In this document: positions 48,519-61,079 of the stretch, piece by piece
Numbering within the stretch: position 1 is the stretch's first letter
Layout: each line of letters opens with the position of its first letter
Made by a program: the position numbers and the translations under genes
Notes under the pieces: model-generated
What the model was told of the DNA's origin: nothing
The model's database searches: none
Seen by the model: only the letters and a program-made list of their open reading frames with translations
Origin: Raillietiella orientalis
Lineage: Eukaryota
Assembly (NCBI GenBank): GCA_036172245.1
Contig: JAYWIR010000025.1
Coordinates: 1,364,001 to 1,428,000, forward strand
Length of the DNA: 64,000 bases
Direction: 5' to 3'

Positions 48519-51414
48519 CCGTAACTTGCCGCCTCGTGCACGCCTCCCGAGAGCGCCTGCTGCGGACAGAGTAGGAATTTGATGAGGGAACGCTGCAAAG
48601 CAAAGCAAACTGAAGCCTCTTACATTCTCTGGAATATAAATCAGCGGTGATCCATAAGTCGAGGAGCAACTTTCGGCCGGCAATCAAACACAAATGATTT
48701 ACCGATTGATTTAAACGCTGGCGCTTTGGGGAGATGCGCGGAACCCTTCCGTGGGTACGAATCCAGGCCCAGGGAGAAAGAATAAACAAATCGTAGATTA
48801 TGGACTGGACAAGCTTGCACTCTCGCGATGAGTTTTTTTTTTTTTCCCGCGCTTCCAAGTCACCACGAGAGAGAGATTCTCCAGCCTCGCGCTTTCCGAT
48901 GCCGACGGAGCTGCTCATGAATCCGAAAAATTTTGAAATTGGAAAGCTGAAAAATAATCTCTTGAATTTAGGGCTGTGTCATGACACTCCGCGTCCGCTT
49001 GGTTCCGAATCATTCCCGCGAAGAACTCCCACTAATGGGAATCTAATGACTAAATATTTTCCACTTCACAACATGGGAATTACGTTTAGGGAAACTGCCA
49101 TTTTAGAGAGAAAAGATTTGTTTTGCCAATCACGAATGCTGCAAGTCCGTAGCAGTTTTCGAGAGAGCGATTGGAACACCTCCGCACTTCTAAGGCTCGC
49201 AGGAAGCAGGGAAAACGAAGACAAAAGCGGAGGGGGGGGGGGACTGCCGGACTCGTGACTCGAAGTCCTCTGGCATCTGTTGCAAGCACCAGAGGCATCA
49301 GTGCTTATCAAGCCGGGCGAAAAGGAACTCACCAGACGAACGTGTTGTAATTTCATCCTTAATTCGTGTTCTCCAAAGCCGGAGAGACGCGCGGGAAAAA
49401 CTTCTGCATCTCGTGAAACGAGATGCTGAGGATGCTGAAGCAGCGCATGAAGCGAGCTGCGCCGAGGCGCCACGCTGTAAAAACCGGGTGCGAAGGAGTG
49501 CAATCTCGGAGCCATTAAAATTCATTGAGAATTTGGACGGAAAATTTCGAAGCGTTCGAGTTCGCAGTTGCTGGACTGCGAGCGTGGAACCCTAATCTGC
49601 CTAATGGGAGCTGAAATTCGCCAGCGCCATCAACGGCGACGTGGGTTGCGCTTGTGGTCCTCGCCCCCCCTGCTAACGGGACAGCGCTCGATGAGTAATG
49701 GATTATTTTTCATCCGAATGGGGAGGGGGGGCACCCGAAAACAACTAGGCTGGCATTTAAACCCGGCATCGAGATCTTTGTGACGAAACAAGTGGATGCA
49801 CCACCCTTTCGAGATGAAAGCCCGGGACTGGAGGTGGTTCAGCGTGGACCACGGAAGCGGATGGGTGCAGCCGCCGAGATCGCGCGTTTGTGAATTCCGA
49901 ACGACACCGTCGTGCCGGTGTTCCTGAAGAATTTTAACTCGCACCATTAATTCTGGAATCTTTGCTGAAACGACTTTCAAAGTGAATAAACTTGACAAAT
50001 TCGGAATTTATCGCTCCCGTGCGGAACCCATGCATCTAAAACGAAAAGTGCCGTTAGCGAAAATGCAAAAGGCATTCCTCCATCCACATTATACAAACCC
50101 ATTTCCTTCATTAGCAAGCATCGATCTTTTCTTGGCCTCTGACGATCTCAGTGTGGCTAATCCTGACTTTGCCATTCGTTTGCGTCGCTATCTTCAGCTA
50201 AACGGGAGCGACGTGCTCTCCTCAACATGTCCGTGAAAAAAATCGCCCTATTCCACGTGGAATGAAAGAGCCACAGGAAGAGGGATCCTCCAGATATGAG
50301 CCGGTATAAAAATCCTAGTCTTCTCAAGCAAGGATTTCCTTTTTTTCTTCCCGCTGTTCTTTTAGCAACTCATAACTGGAAACGGCTCCACCAAATTAAT
50401 CATCCTCGAAACTTATCTGTTGTCAAATCTTGTTAGCACACAGATACGGAAATCAGGGTTTGCGAAACTTTATAGTTCTTGGCACGTTTCAAAACAATCG
50501 CCATGAAGAATTTTTGCGCTTCCAGGATCCACCATGCCCTGGATTAGCCAACAGTCGAACATTTATCTCGGGAAACGGTATCCCTTGCAAGAGCTCCGAA
50601 TTCCATACAGCTCGGATGGAAATTCCAGAAAAAGCAGCAACTGCTAAGCGACTGCTCTTGGCACCTCACGATGCTATTTTTCTAGCCATGAAATAAATAA
50701 GCATGTAGCCCCCTCCACAATCAGCATAGAAGCTGCCTTGCATATTACCGCAAGCTTTGCATTTCGATTGGGATATGAAGATTCCAGATGCGCGCGCTCT
50801 TGAAGGTCCAGAGGTTTTCTGATCGGTCCCAATGAGGAAAGTTCTGCTCCGGCGTCTGCACTTCACAAAACTCCCTCTCTCCGCTGACGCACAAAACAAA
50901 GACATCCAAGACTTGACGAGTCACTTGAAAAGCATAGAGTACGTGACAATTTATATAGCTGGAAGAAATGTGGTTGAGATGGACGAAATGTGGGGAAGAC
51001 GCCGGCAAGCCACGAGTGAATGATTTTTTTCGATTCCTAGCAAACCGAGGAGATTGTTTTCCGTTCTTTCTTCCTTCCATCTCCTGGGATTAGGTAATTG
51101 GCTCTGCTCTTCTAGCGAGCTCAAGTAGTTGCTGAATCTGTTCCGACTCCTCGCGGATCTCACTTCACTTCTAGCTGGTACGAAAGCAGCGGCGGGCTTC
51201 TGAGTTGGCATCCTGCGGGCCATGGTGTTACGCAGCAAGTTTTCGGCCATAGGGTTCGGAAACACTCACACTCTTCGTGCGTCTGAATTTGCCTTCGAAG
51301 ACTTCGATCTCGTGTGATCCAAGGTGTGACTTTCTCATGACACTTTAAAGAGTTCAAACAAATCAGGAGACCGGAATAAGAAAGTCCTCAAAACAAGAAG
51401 AAAGGAAAAAAAAA

Positions 51415-51432
51415 TGTGTGTGTGTGTGTGTG
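51415..51432. repeat. (TG)9 microsatellite
   Basis: Read directly from the sequence. Confidence 0.9.
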
Positions 51433-53169
51433 TTTCTTTTTTTAGAACTGGCCTCTCGCAGGAATATTCCTCCACTGAAGAAATATCCTTAGATTCCGAA
51501 TGATCAAGGATTCGTTTTCCCAACCGCTGGATGAAGAAAATTTGCGACTTTACTTCAAGTAACTTCACTCTGTGGGACGGACCTATTAATTAAAAAATAA
51601 AAAAATAAGCGTCAGTGGCATGCTGGTTGCATACCTATAAAAAAGCAGCTGAGCAATGAATCTCTCTGCACTTTAAATCAGTGCAAACTTTATTGGATGA
51701 GGGCTACTACTATCTCCTCAGAATCTTTTATGGTTATGTACTTCTGTTGCCGAATCTAAAATGGCGGTGAATTTCATCTCCACTTACCAAGGAGCTTGCT
51801 TAGGCTGTTTGGTGTGTTTTTTTTTTTTTTTTTCAAGACGTATGCACTTACCTACTCGGAGAGTAAATAAGATAAGACAGGGCAGTCAGTTCTCTCTGCT
51901 TGTTTTACAGTGAAGTCAGCCCAACTCGTGGTTGGTTTCCTTCTCTTGAATGTTTGCATTCTTTGTGAACGATAATAACTACAGTGTCCAGCTATCATCT
52001 TGTTTGCTCATTAAAGTTCAGCTGAAAGTTCCTCGTCTTGAGAGGGCATGAAGAGAAAAGAAACGACAAATGAGTTCTTAGGAAATGGAAAACTCAATCT
52101 TCATAGTGAATTATTTAGAGGTGGAGTCCCTCCCCCCCCCCCCCAAGAGTTAGGGAACGTTCGTTCTTTGTGAACGAAAAAAAGCAAACGCTTGGTCCGA
52201 AGGGTGGGATCGAGAAGCTTTGTGTGCTCCCTGACCAATCGTGAGTCAAACTCATCTGCTGAAACAAAGCCAAAACACAAGCCGTTCCTTGAACTCAGTT
52301 CCTCGAGTCATCAACTCGAAAGCTTTTCCTCGAGTGCAATCCTTTGCTGCTCTTCTTGCTGCAACTATCAAGGGATCCTTTTTCGATGTCTTTGCTTTAA
52401 AGACCAGCTTAATGTTCACATGTGTGACGTGATCTTCACCAAATTTTCACTCTTCTTTCGGAACGGTTTCGATGGTCAGAATTCCTCTCCAGCCCATGAT
52501 AGTTTGCAGGCCGAAAGCGAATCAAAGAGGATGCTGTTATTCCTTCTTGAACGTATGCCTTTGGAGCAGCTCTTCTGCCCGCTGAAATATCAGATAGCAT
52601 GCGGAGCTTCAGGTGGATGCTAATTATTTTCTTCCTTTACAACACCAAAACTTCCAATGTATTCTAAGATGGTCTAGGGCAAGAGCGACTCTGATTTCAG
52701 TCCAAGAGAAACACGCCAAAACAACCTACAGCGTGGTCCAGCAGTTATCCCGTGAGGGTCCTACATCTCCTGTGGACCATGATCAACCAGCGGCTTCCAA
52801 ATCTCTTGCCCCTCTCCTCCGGCAAAGAGAAAAGCGCACCTTCCGTCTGCCGTACCCTGAGGCGGCGCTCTTGTAGCACAGCTGTGTCCCGAACTGCCAC
52901 GCAACGTTCGAGGAGGAGGATGCATCCTGGTGAGCGCTCCCCTCTCCCGGGAGAGACTCTCGAGCTTAGCCTTGCTCTTTTTCCTCACCCGGGAGTTCCA
53001 GGAGCATCTCCCAAAGTTCCGCCTGTGAAATTGCAACTGCCGCCACTGGCCGCCACCACCTGCAGAGTTCGCCTGCAGCCTGTATTCTCGACCCGGCGCC
53101 CAATGTGTCAGCAGGAGGGTAACGGGTGCTCCATGACGGGACAGAGCGAATTAATTCTCGTGGCAGTGT

Positions 53170-53224
53170 GACCGCTGCTCGGTGGAATACACCGAGCAGC
53201 GGTGTATTCCACCGAGCAGCGGTC
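53170..53224. repeat. Perfect 25-bp inverted repeat with 5-nt loop, containing a nested alternative hairpin
   Basis: GACCGCTGCTCGGTGGAATACACCG-AGCAG-CGGTGTATTCCACCGAGCAGCGGTC. Confidence 0.9.
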
Positions 53225-56200
53225 GGTATTCAAGCTTGTCGAGGAAACGGAAGGCTGCAACTTCGGGATCAAAGGACAATGGAGAATATGGAGGTGAAAC
53301 TGAGGGAGACGAGGCTTTCCGGAAACGCCAGCTGTCCCTCTTCATCTTGGGTGATTACTGCAGGAGGTAGGAGTTCTTCATCGGGAGACCAGGTCATACT
53401 GAACCAGGTGCACGACTACCTCGTGCTGATGACCAAGGTCTTCACTTGGTCTTCCTATACTGTGAACTCAGCAAGCTGAGGACTTCCATGAAGGACCAGG
53501 TGGAGATCGTCTTTGCCCTGATCCTCTAGAAGTTGCAAGTCACCATGAGGATGGAGGCAGGGATTTCGTCCAGTGGGGACCAGCAAGTACTGACTGCTTG
53601 ACTTCAAGAGAATGAAAGAGGCTCTGAAGGAACCGCAACAAAAGATTTCTAGAGAACAGGAGAAGTTAAAGGACTAACTGACCAGACTGAAGTACGGTTC
53701 CTCCTGAAGCACGATCCGGACCGTTCGACTGGAGGAAAGATGAGGCAGGAGATAGGAAGGGAGATGGAATTTCCGTGAGAGTGAAGCTGAGTCAAGATGC
53801 AACCTCATGTGCCTACTGGCCTCTTCTACACTGACCAAAGCCCCCTGACACCGCCAATATGAAATCACAGTATGGCGCTGGTGACCTGGAAACCGTGTTA
53901 CAAGCAGAAAAGTCCATCCGATGTTTACTGATTTCTTTGCTTTTCTTGTGCACTGGGAATGTGCGTCTCACTGAAAGGCTTCTTGGGATTATTGTAGGAA
54001 CTCTGAGAATTCCATCATCTGAAATGCTTGTCTGTCCATTTTTTCCTTTCAACACTTGGATTTTCAGATATTTAGTCTCGTATCAAAACTCAAGCGTCAT
54101 TTTGATGTTCACAGAATGCTCCTGCACATGGTTCGGTGAGTTTACTGACATAATCTAGGAAATTCTCAGCATCAATAGCTCCAAGGAAGAGATCTCTCAT
54201 GGCATCATCCGTGCAATCATATCTTTTCCAAACACGTCGTGAAACTCGCTGGTCCTGCAGCTATCAAACACGTGTTTGGAAAAGCTGGAAGCTCAAAGTA
54301 CCTATCCTGGACTTCCAGTTCTTGGTGACTCGAATCACGTGCAAACAGTGTCAACAAGGAATGGAGCATAATGATTGCCATTGTGCTCTAAAAGCCATAA
54401 AAGAAACAAATACAAAATAAATCCGGCGATGATGCCTGCAGTTTTCCAAGGGAATTGCAGTATTTCTGTACCCAAATCGGATACCAATATTGTGTAAGGT
54501 AAAACTACCAGCTCATGCTCAACTTTTGGCTTCAGCCTTTCTCTTGATTCTTATCGTTCTGCATAAGTCTTTCCTATTTGCATAATAAGCACCCTTACTG
54601 AATTCACTTCAGCCCTTGCAGTGGAAGAAATATGGGTAGATGCACTCGATTTACAGTTATGTGTTTACAAAATAATTTTCAAGCAGTAAATTCACTGGAG
54701 ATTAAAGGAAGACCTGTGTTTTAAACACCTAGTCAGCTTATAGTCCCAAGAAGACTCATGCCCTAAAGGAATTGAAAGAAATTTCAGGTTTTCGTGAAAT
54801 GAAGATATTTATCGGTGGTGGTGCAGTCTCTGGAAGTTGCATTTGCCTATCTTACCCAGAAGGATCCTCGAGATTTTTCCCTTGAAAATATTCCCCTTCC
54901 CGTGAAAAAAGCATGCTTGCTTTTTTCATTGGTCCAATAAGCGTCTCCTCGAGGCTCTGATGAGAAAAGTTACTTCCTGGGACTTCAAAGTCTAAAAGGA
55001 TAGCATTTGTCAGCTACCTCTGAAGATCGTTTTCTTTTCCTTGTTTCCGTTAGGGTAGCTTTGGCATGATTTCATGATGATTCTTGAAGTTTTTAGTCAA
55101 GTCATTCATGTTCTCATTTGTAAGGAACATACTATATAAACACAGATGAAGTTCTTTTTATACTTTTTTATTCAAAAAGCATGAAAAGGAACAAAAAAGT
55201 CTAAGCAGGAAACTTTCGGGCGAAAATTTATTTTATTTTATTTTTTTTAAAATGATTACAATGGAGAGCAATGAAATGAAGAGAGAGGGAAACAGCTGTT
55301 AGGAAGCAAGCTGGCATCACACCCTTGTGCGAAGAGGTTCTAGATGAAACGACGCTGTCGCAACATGCGCGTGCCCATCTCGAGAAATTGTATCAGCAAC
55401 ATTCTCAAGAGGTCCATAGGAAACAACTGATCCGAAGCCATCAGAGTTGAAGTGCCAAAGATTATGCACTCTTCCACTGAGAGGTGTCATCGGGACCGGA
55501 AGGTTTCCTTAGAAAGCGGTTTGCTGGAAGTGCCACTTTATTAAAAACTTCCCAGATTCTATCAGCCAAGTATTTCTCCAGCCTTTCTATGCTTTTTTCC
55601 AGATGGAATTTTAGGTAGACATCTTGGTCCACCGAAGAATGACAAAGCAAGAAGAAATTACCGCATAACTAATGCAAATATGACCTCCTTAGTGCTTGTG
55701 GAGGACTCTTAATCCAATCTTCATGAGAAGCAGAGCTCTGGAAATTATTTGATAGCCAGAAGCTGCATTTGTTCATTGGTTTTCTGAATAAATTTTCAAC
55801 CGTTGCCTGAAGAATGACCTATTTAAAGGGTCATCTGGAGCATAGGTTACAATGTCAGCATGCGAAGCATCCGAACACCTTCAGCTTTAATTAGGAATCA
55901 GAACATAGAGGAATATGTCTAATAAAGATAGAATAGATGAGCTGCAAATTGACTGAAATGTCTAAAAAGATGTGTTCATGTTGAAGTTATGTGCTGGTCT
56001 CATGTTTTTAGAATGCAGCATATTACAGGACCAAGAAGTCCGTGAGTAGGAGACTACGTAAAGAAGGAATACACAGGCAAAGGAGAATTTTACGCGCACT
56101 CCCTTCGGAGATCTCGGATTTGAGGAACGGACATTCTATTTGACTTCTCTTAAAGAGCATAAAGTGGTTGGAACGAAAGAGTTTTGCCTTCAGTGAGCAG

Positions 56201-59200
56201 ATTCGAAAAGTTATTTCAGTAAGGTAGGGTTATGGACGGATGAAGATTGGAATTCGTGTTGTAACGGGAGTTTAGACAGAGCAAAAACTGTGGATAGAGT
56301 AGAAATACGCGATGAATTGGTGTGGAAACAGGTGCAGCTGATAACAACAACAAACCGTAATTTAATATTGTGTATGTTTAGTCCACTTGTTCTGTCCCTA
56401 AGAAGCACTTCTGCTTTCGACATGCTAAGCAATATGTCTTGAGAATCACGGAAGAGATCAAGCAACTTGAAAGAAGAGATGCTACCAAACTCCGAAAGTT
56501 CCAGCCACCACAATAGGAATACATCCACATTATTTCGTACATTGTTCCTGTAAATTTCGTAACTGATGACAAGTGGATTAAACGTCAGGAACAGCGATAG
56601 TTGTAAGTGGCATTCATCGAGAACAACACGGTTGTGTATTTATGCGGTTACGAGCAAGGGATTGCAAATGGGAAAAAATGGTTCGAGACTAAAGGGAAAG
56701 TAACTGGGAAAGTGGATGCATATGGGAGAAGAGGAATACGTTTATGCATTACGCCCATCATGCATTAGGAATCAGCCTATCTTGCCCATGGTGTCCAGTC
56801 GAGCATGTGCAGAAGCCCAGCAAATGGTTAGGCGATGGTATTATCTCTGGATGCAGAGTTGATTAGCAAAAGCAAATACAAATATCCGATGGTTGAAGAA
56901 GATGATTACGTTTGAACCATGAAGTGTGTTTTCACACATGAGCGAAGCCACAAGGCTAGCTTTATCGGAAGAGGATCTACAAAACCGAGTCCTCTCATTG
57001 GTCGACAGGATGGACTTTCCTCGAATGTTCTTACCATTTCCACACAAATGGAGATTACGCATGGTCACTTTTGACACTGAAAAAGATAAGTTGGTCGTTT
57101 GTTCTTCACGACATGGATCTCAACAACTTTTTTCTGACGGCACCAGTCAATCATGGCTTATTCCTGTATTTGTTTTAACTTCTGTTCTCAATATCCTGCA
57201 GGAACAAAACATGAAGAAATCCTTTCACCTCCCATTCAATATGCTTCATTGTCAGGATGCTAGATTTTTAGAACTTTTGGTAGAATCAGGAGAGTATTGC
57301 TCTTAGAGAGTAGTTGCATCTCTGAGGAAGACAAGATGACAGCTGAACCATCAAGTTTTTCCTCGGAATTGCTGCGTGCAGCTGCAGTTTGACGAGCTTC
57401 ACGTGGTTTTCAATGGTTGTTACGCACAAATTTCTACAATAAGGAAATGAAGTCATTTATTTATTTATTTATTTTTCAAAAAAAAAAAAGAAAAATCATT
57501 TATTGGGTACTGAAGTGTATGTCTTATCCTGCAATGACTATGAGCAATCCAGCTCGATCATTTTTGCAAACCGCTGTTTGATTTACTCTGACTGATAATT
57601 ATGAATAATACACAACAGCTCTCCGCACAATGAAATTACCAATGAAATCATTTCAGTAAGATGTACTTTATTTCAGCACCAAGATCGTATTCGCTACATC
57701 CATTCAGTTATTACATTCAGACAACGAGTGCGAAGTGCTATCAAGAAGCGACTGTTGTGATTCTTCTGATTCTTTCAAGGGCCGATGTTAATCAGGAGGG
57801 CTGGTGATTTACTCTGCTAATTAAAGAATTATCTTCCTTTTTTTCTTCCTGTTGCGCTCTTGCTTGTAGCGGAATCTCTTTTCCATTCTCATCCTTGGCA
57901 TCCTCCCGTGCACCAGTGATGTGCTACTGCCATTGCGATTCGTTTTGAAATTCATAGAAGTGTGCATTCTGCCTGGCTGCTATCACCAGATACAAATTTG
58001 AAAATTACATTTACATAATTTTCGCACCACATTCAAATACTGAAGTTCAGTTTCCTCAGTTAGCTGAATTTTATTAACGATGGGAATATTTTGCACGCGA
58101 TTGTCCCTCTAAACGGAGGGAAAATGGAATTTAGCTCTCGATTTGCTACGAAATGACTATCATTAATCAATCGCTCAGTTATTCATCATGAAAATTTATC
58201 TGATTCTTGGAGAAGAGTTTTAAAAATTCCTTCGAATTATCTTTTTAGAATTACCTACTCAGGTCACGAGTTCGGAGGAATTTTTGAAGCTCTGGCATTT
58301 CATCACCTCGGAAGATTGTACAGTATCCGCAAAGTATGGATTTACTTGTGGCCCTAAAATTAATAATTCCATTCGAAGCATCTCGTCCGACATAGGGTTG
58401 CCTTAAGATGCTGCAAATAATTTATTTCTTCATTCGAAAAGCTTATTCTTCGTCAAGGGTTTCCTTTTCTATGGAAATTTTCAGTGCATCTTCCTGATTG
58501 CTCGTTCGTTGCAGGTCCTGAAACTTCACTGAAATCAAGCAGTGGATTTGCATACCTATGCTGTCAAAAGTGGCAGGATGCATCATACGTCATGAGCCAC
58601 TTGAATTACCGTGTTTATCCCTAGAAGTGCCCGAATGCATTTGCTGGTAAATTTCACACATGGATACATTGGCATTTTGCGTGTTGTGTTCCAAGAAATT
58701 TCACCCCCGCAATGTAGCAAATACCAAACGGAAGTTTCTCTTCCCCCTCCCAAATTCCCTTTCTGTAGGTCATGTGTGGATAAAAGGACCACGTTTTCTG
58801 CATCCTGTGAGAGGCATGAGGAAGCGGCAAAATCAATTGTGCCTGATGTCTGCTTATGGGTTGCCTCTTCCTCACATGACCGAATGCGAACACCAGCTAC
58901 ACCGTATCTCTGAAGTTGTCAAGTCTTGTCGAATCTAAGCTACAAGAAATACAGTACAATCACTTTTCCTCAAGTACAGTAGTGATTGCACTCGAGGAAA
59001 GGTCTTCTGCAGTCGTGGGGTTCACATGGGAGCTCATCCCCAGCCTCGCAAGCACCTGAAGATCACAGTCCCCATTTGATACGAAACGTGGGAGCAGCGG
59101 ACTCGCCGGCTTTCTATTAGGCATCTTACGTGATGATTTTCATCTTTGCTTATCTCCATCGAAAACGGGCACCATTTTCAGTTTTCAATTCTTCTGGATT

Positions 59201-61055
59201 TATCTTTTAATAGTCAGTCAGTATCACCCGAAGATTCTGGAATGAAATTGAAATTTCGTTCCTGTTTTGAATCAAGAGAATTTTTTTTGCAGCTTCGGAC
59301 AAAGAACTGTCTGGACCTATTTCCTTCCGCTTAGGTTTGCAGAATTCAATTTCAGGAGTTTGTTAATGGAAAGACCGTTTCTCAATTCAGGGTTCATTTG
59401 TTCCAGCACTCGTCCAGAGGAGGAAATCAGAATCATGTAGTGCTATTTACAAGCATCAGTACCTTTCATCGTCTGCATGTAGGTACTGAAACGAATACGC
59501 TTGTACGCTCCTTGGATTCCATCCGCTTATTTTTCAAGTCTGATTTTCCTTGGTATTCTTTATCTTGATTTTCCCTCTGCTTTTCTTCTAAGTCCAGAGA
59601 CCCACAAGACTGGGTTCTGAGCTCAATTCCTCTGACGTTTATTTTCTTCATTCTCAATACCATGGTCAGAGATTCAAGGGAACCGAGAAAGTGATCCATA
59701 GCGGTCATTAAGACTGCAGAGTTCCCGAAGAAATTTAAATAGAAAGAGACTGGTGATGGATGCACTGTGATCCCTTACAAACTAAAAATCCTTCAGAACT
59801 GTTTCTCAACTCTGATCTCAGAATCTGTTTCGGATTGAAATCTTAAAAACCAAGTGTTTGAAAAGAACATCATTTCGAGATTAAGAAAAGTCTAGAAGAG
59901 CAAAGTTTGAAGAAAAAAAAATCAAATACAATTACACTCATCTTTATAGACGTTTTTATAGACGTCCTTTCTTCCCAATCGATCATCATATGGGTTCATT
60001 TTCAATCGTATTATTTACAAAAAAATAAAGAACAAAAACAAATGCGGCTGTGAATGCTTACAGCAGTGTTCAAGTCTTTGAGGTTTAAAGAACTGCTAGA
60101 TTTTTTGAGCTAATGACTGATAGATGAGCTATAAGTCATTTACTTCTGAGATGGCGTTTGTTTAAAAGAGACTATGACTATGACACTATGACTCAGAAGA
60201 CGCAGAATGCATCAACCAATAACAACTGTCTTTTCCATCAGCTATGACACATCATTTTGTGATGCCGAAGCCTCGCATGTCTGGACACTCTTACCTCTGC
60301 CAGAACATGTTAATACCACTGTCCTGATTCGGTTTTTCTCTCTCGGAATAAGATGATCCTTAGCGAGATCAATGATTTCACTTTAAGGGGCTGTCCTTCG
60401 TTCAATTACTGGTGATCTCAGTCCACCACCGAGCTGCTTATTATCACACAAGGAGTAGACTTTCTCCATCTTCCCCAAATACGATGGTCTCGAAGGCATT
60501 TGAATTTGCATTTGTATTCACGTCACTGAGAAGTTCTCGCATTCTTATCTTCAGAGAAATGTCCTCTCGGATGGAATACTGGAATACTAGCATCCTCTTG
60601 CTTCGTTCGTTGAACTGAGGAAGCACTCCATCAAAACAAGATTACACACGCTATGGTCATTTCCGGAGTGCACACAAGTCCTAAATGGATGCTGGAGGCA
60701 GAGTCCGAGAAAGTTCATCGAAAGTTCTGCTCGGGTTTGGTTTTGCCCCGTTTACTTTCAATGGGATCGAACTGTTCATCTTTACCAGTCCCACTTGGAC
60801 AGACATCATTCCTCCTGAGCAAGATTCATCTCGTACACAACACGTTCTCCTCGTACGCACAATCAAAGCATAAATCATTCTCACAACTGGCTAATTACAG
60901 TCTCATCATTCCCGATGAAAAACGTTTTTCTTTTCGCTCGCCGAAGACACGCATTTCGCTGTGTACGCTCTTCGAGATGGACTCGCCTTTGTAACACGAG
61001 ATAAAAGATAAAAGACGTTATAGCAAATTCGGTTGAAATGGTAGGCATTGCTAAA

Positions 61056-61079
61056 ATATATATATATATATATATATAT
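61056..61079. repeat. (AT)12 microsatellite
   Basis: Read directly from the sequence. Confidence 0.9.

Noticed and set aside
47748..48683. 311-aa ORF, the longest in the track, and the overlapping 242-aa ORF
   Set aside because: They run through a (TG)n microsatellite and poly-A tracts with no domain motif, so they are most likely chance ORFs, though short exons inside cannot be excluded.
53094..53107. tRNA-Lys primer-binding-site-like CGGCGCCCAATGTG
   Set aside because: Lacks the obligatory TGG start, and no paired LTRs or pol motifs were found.
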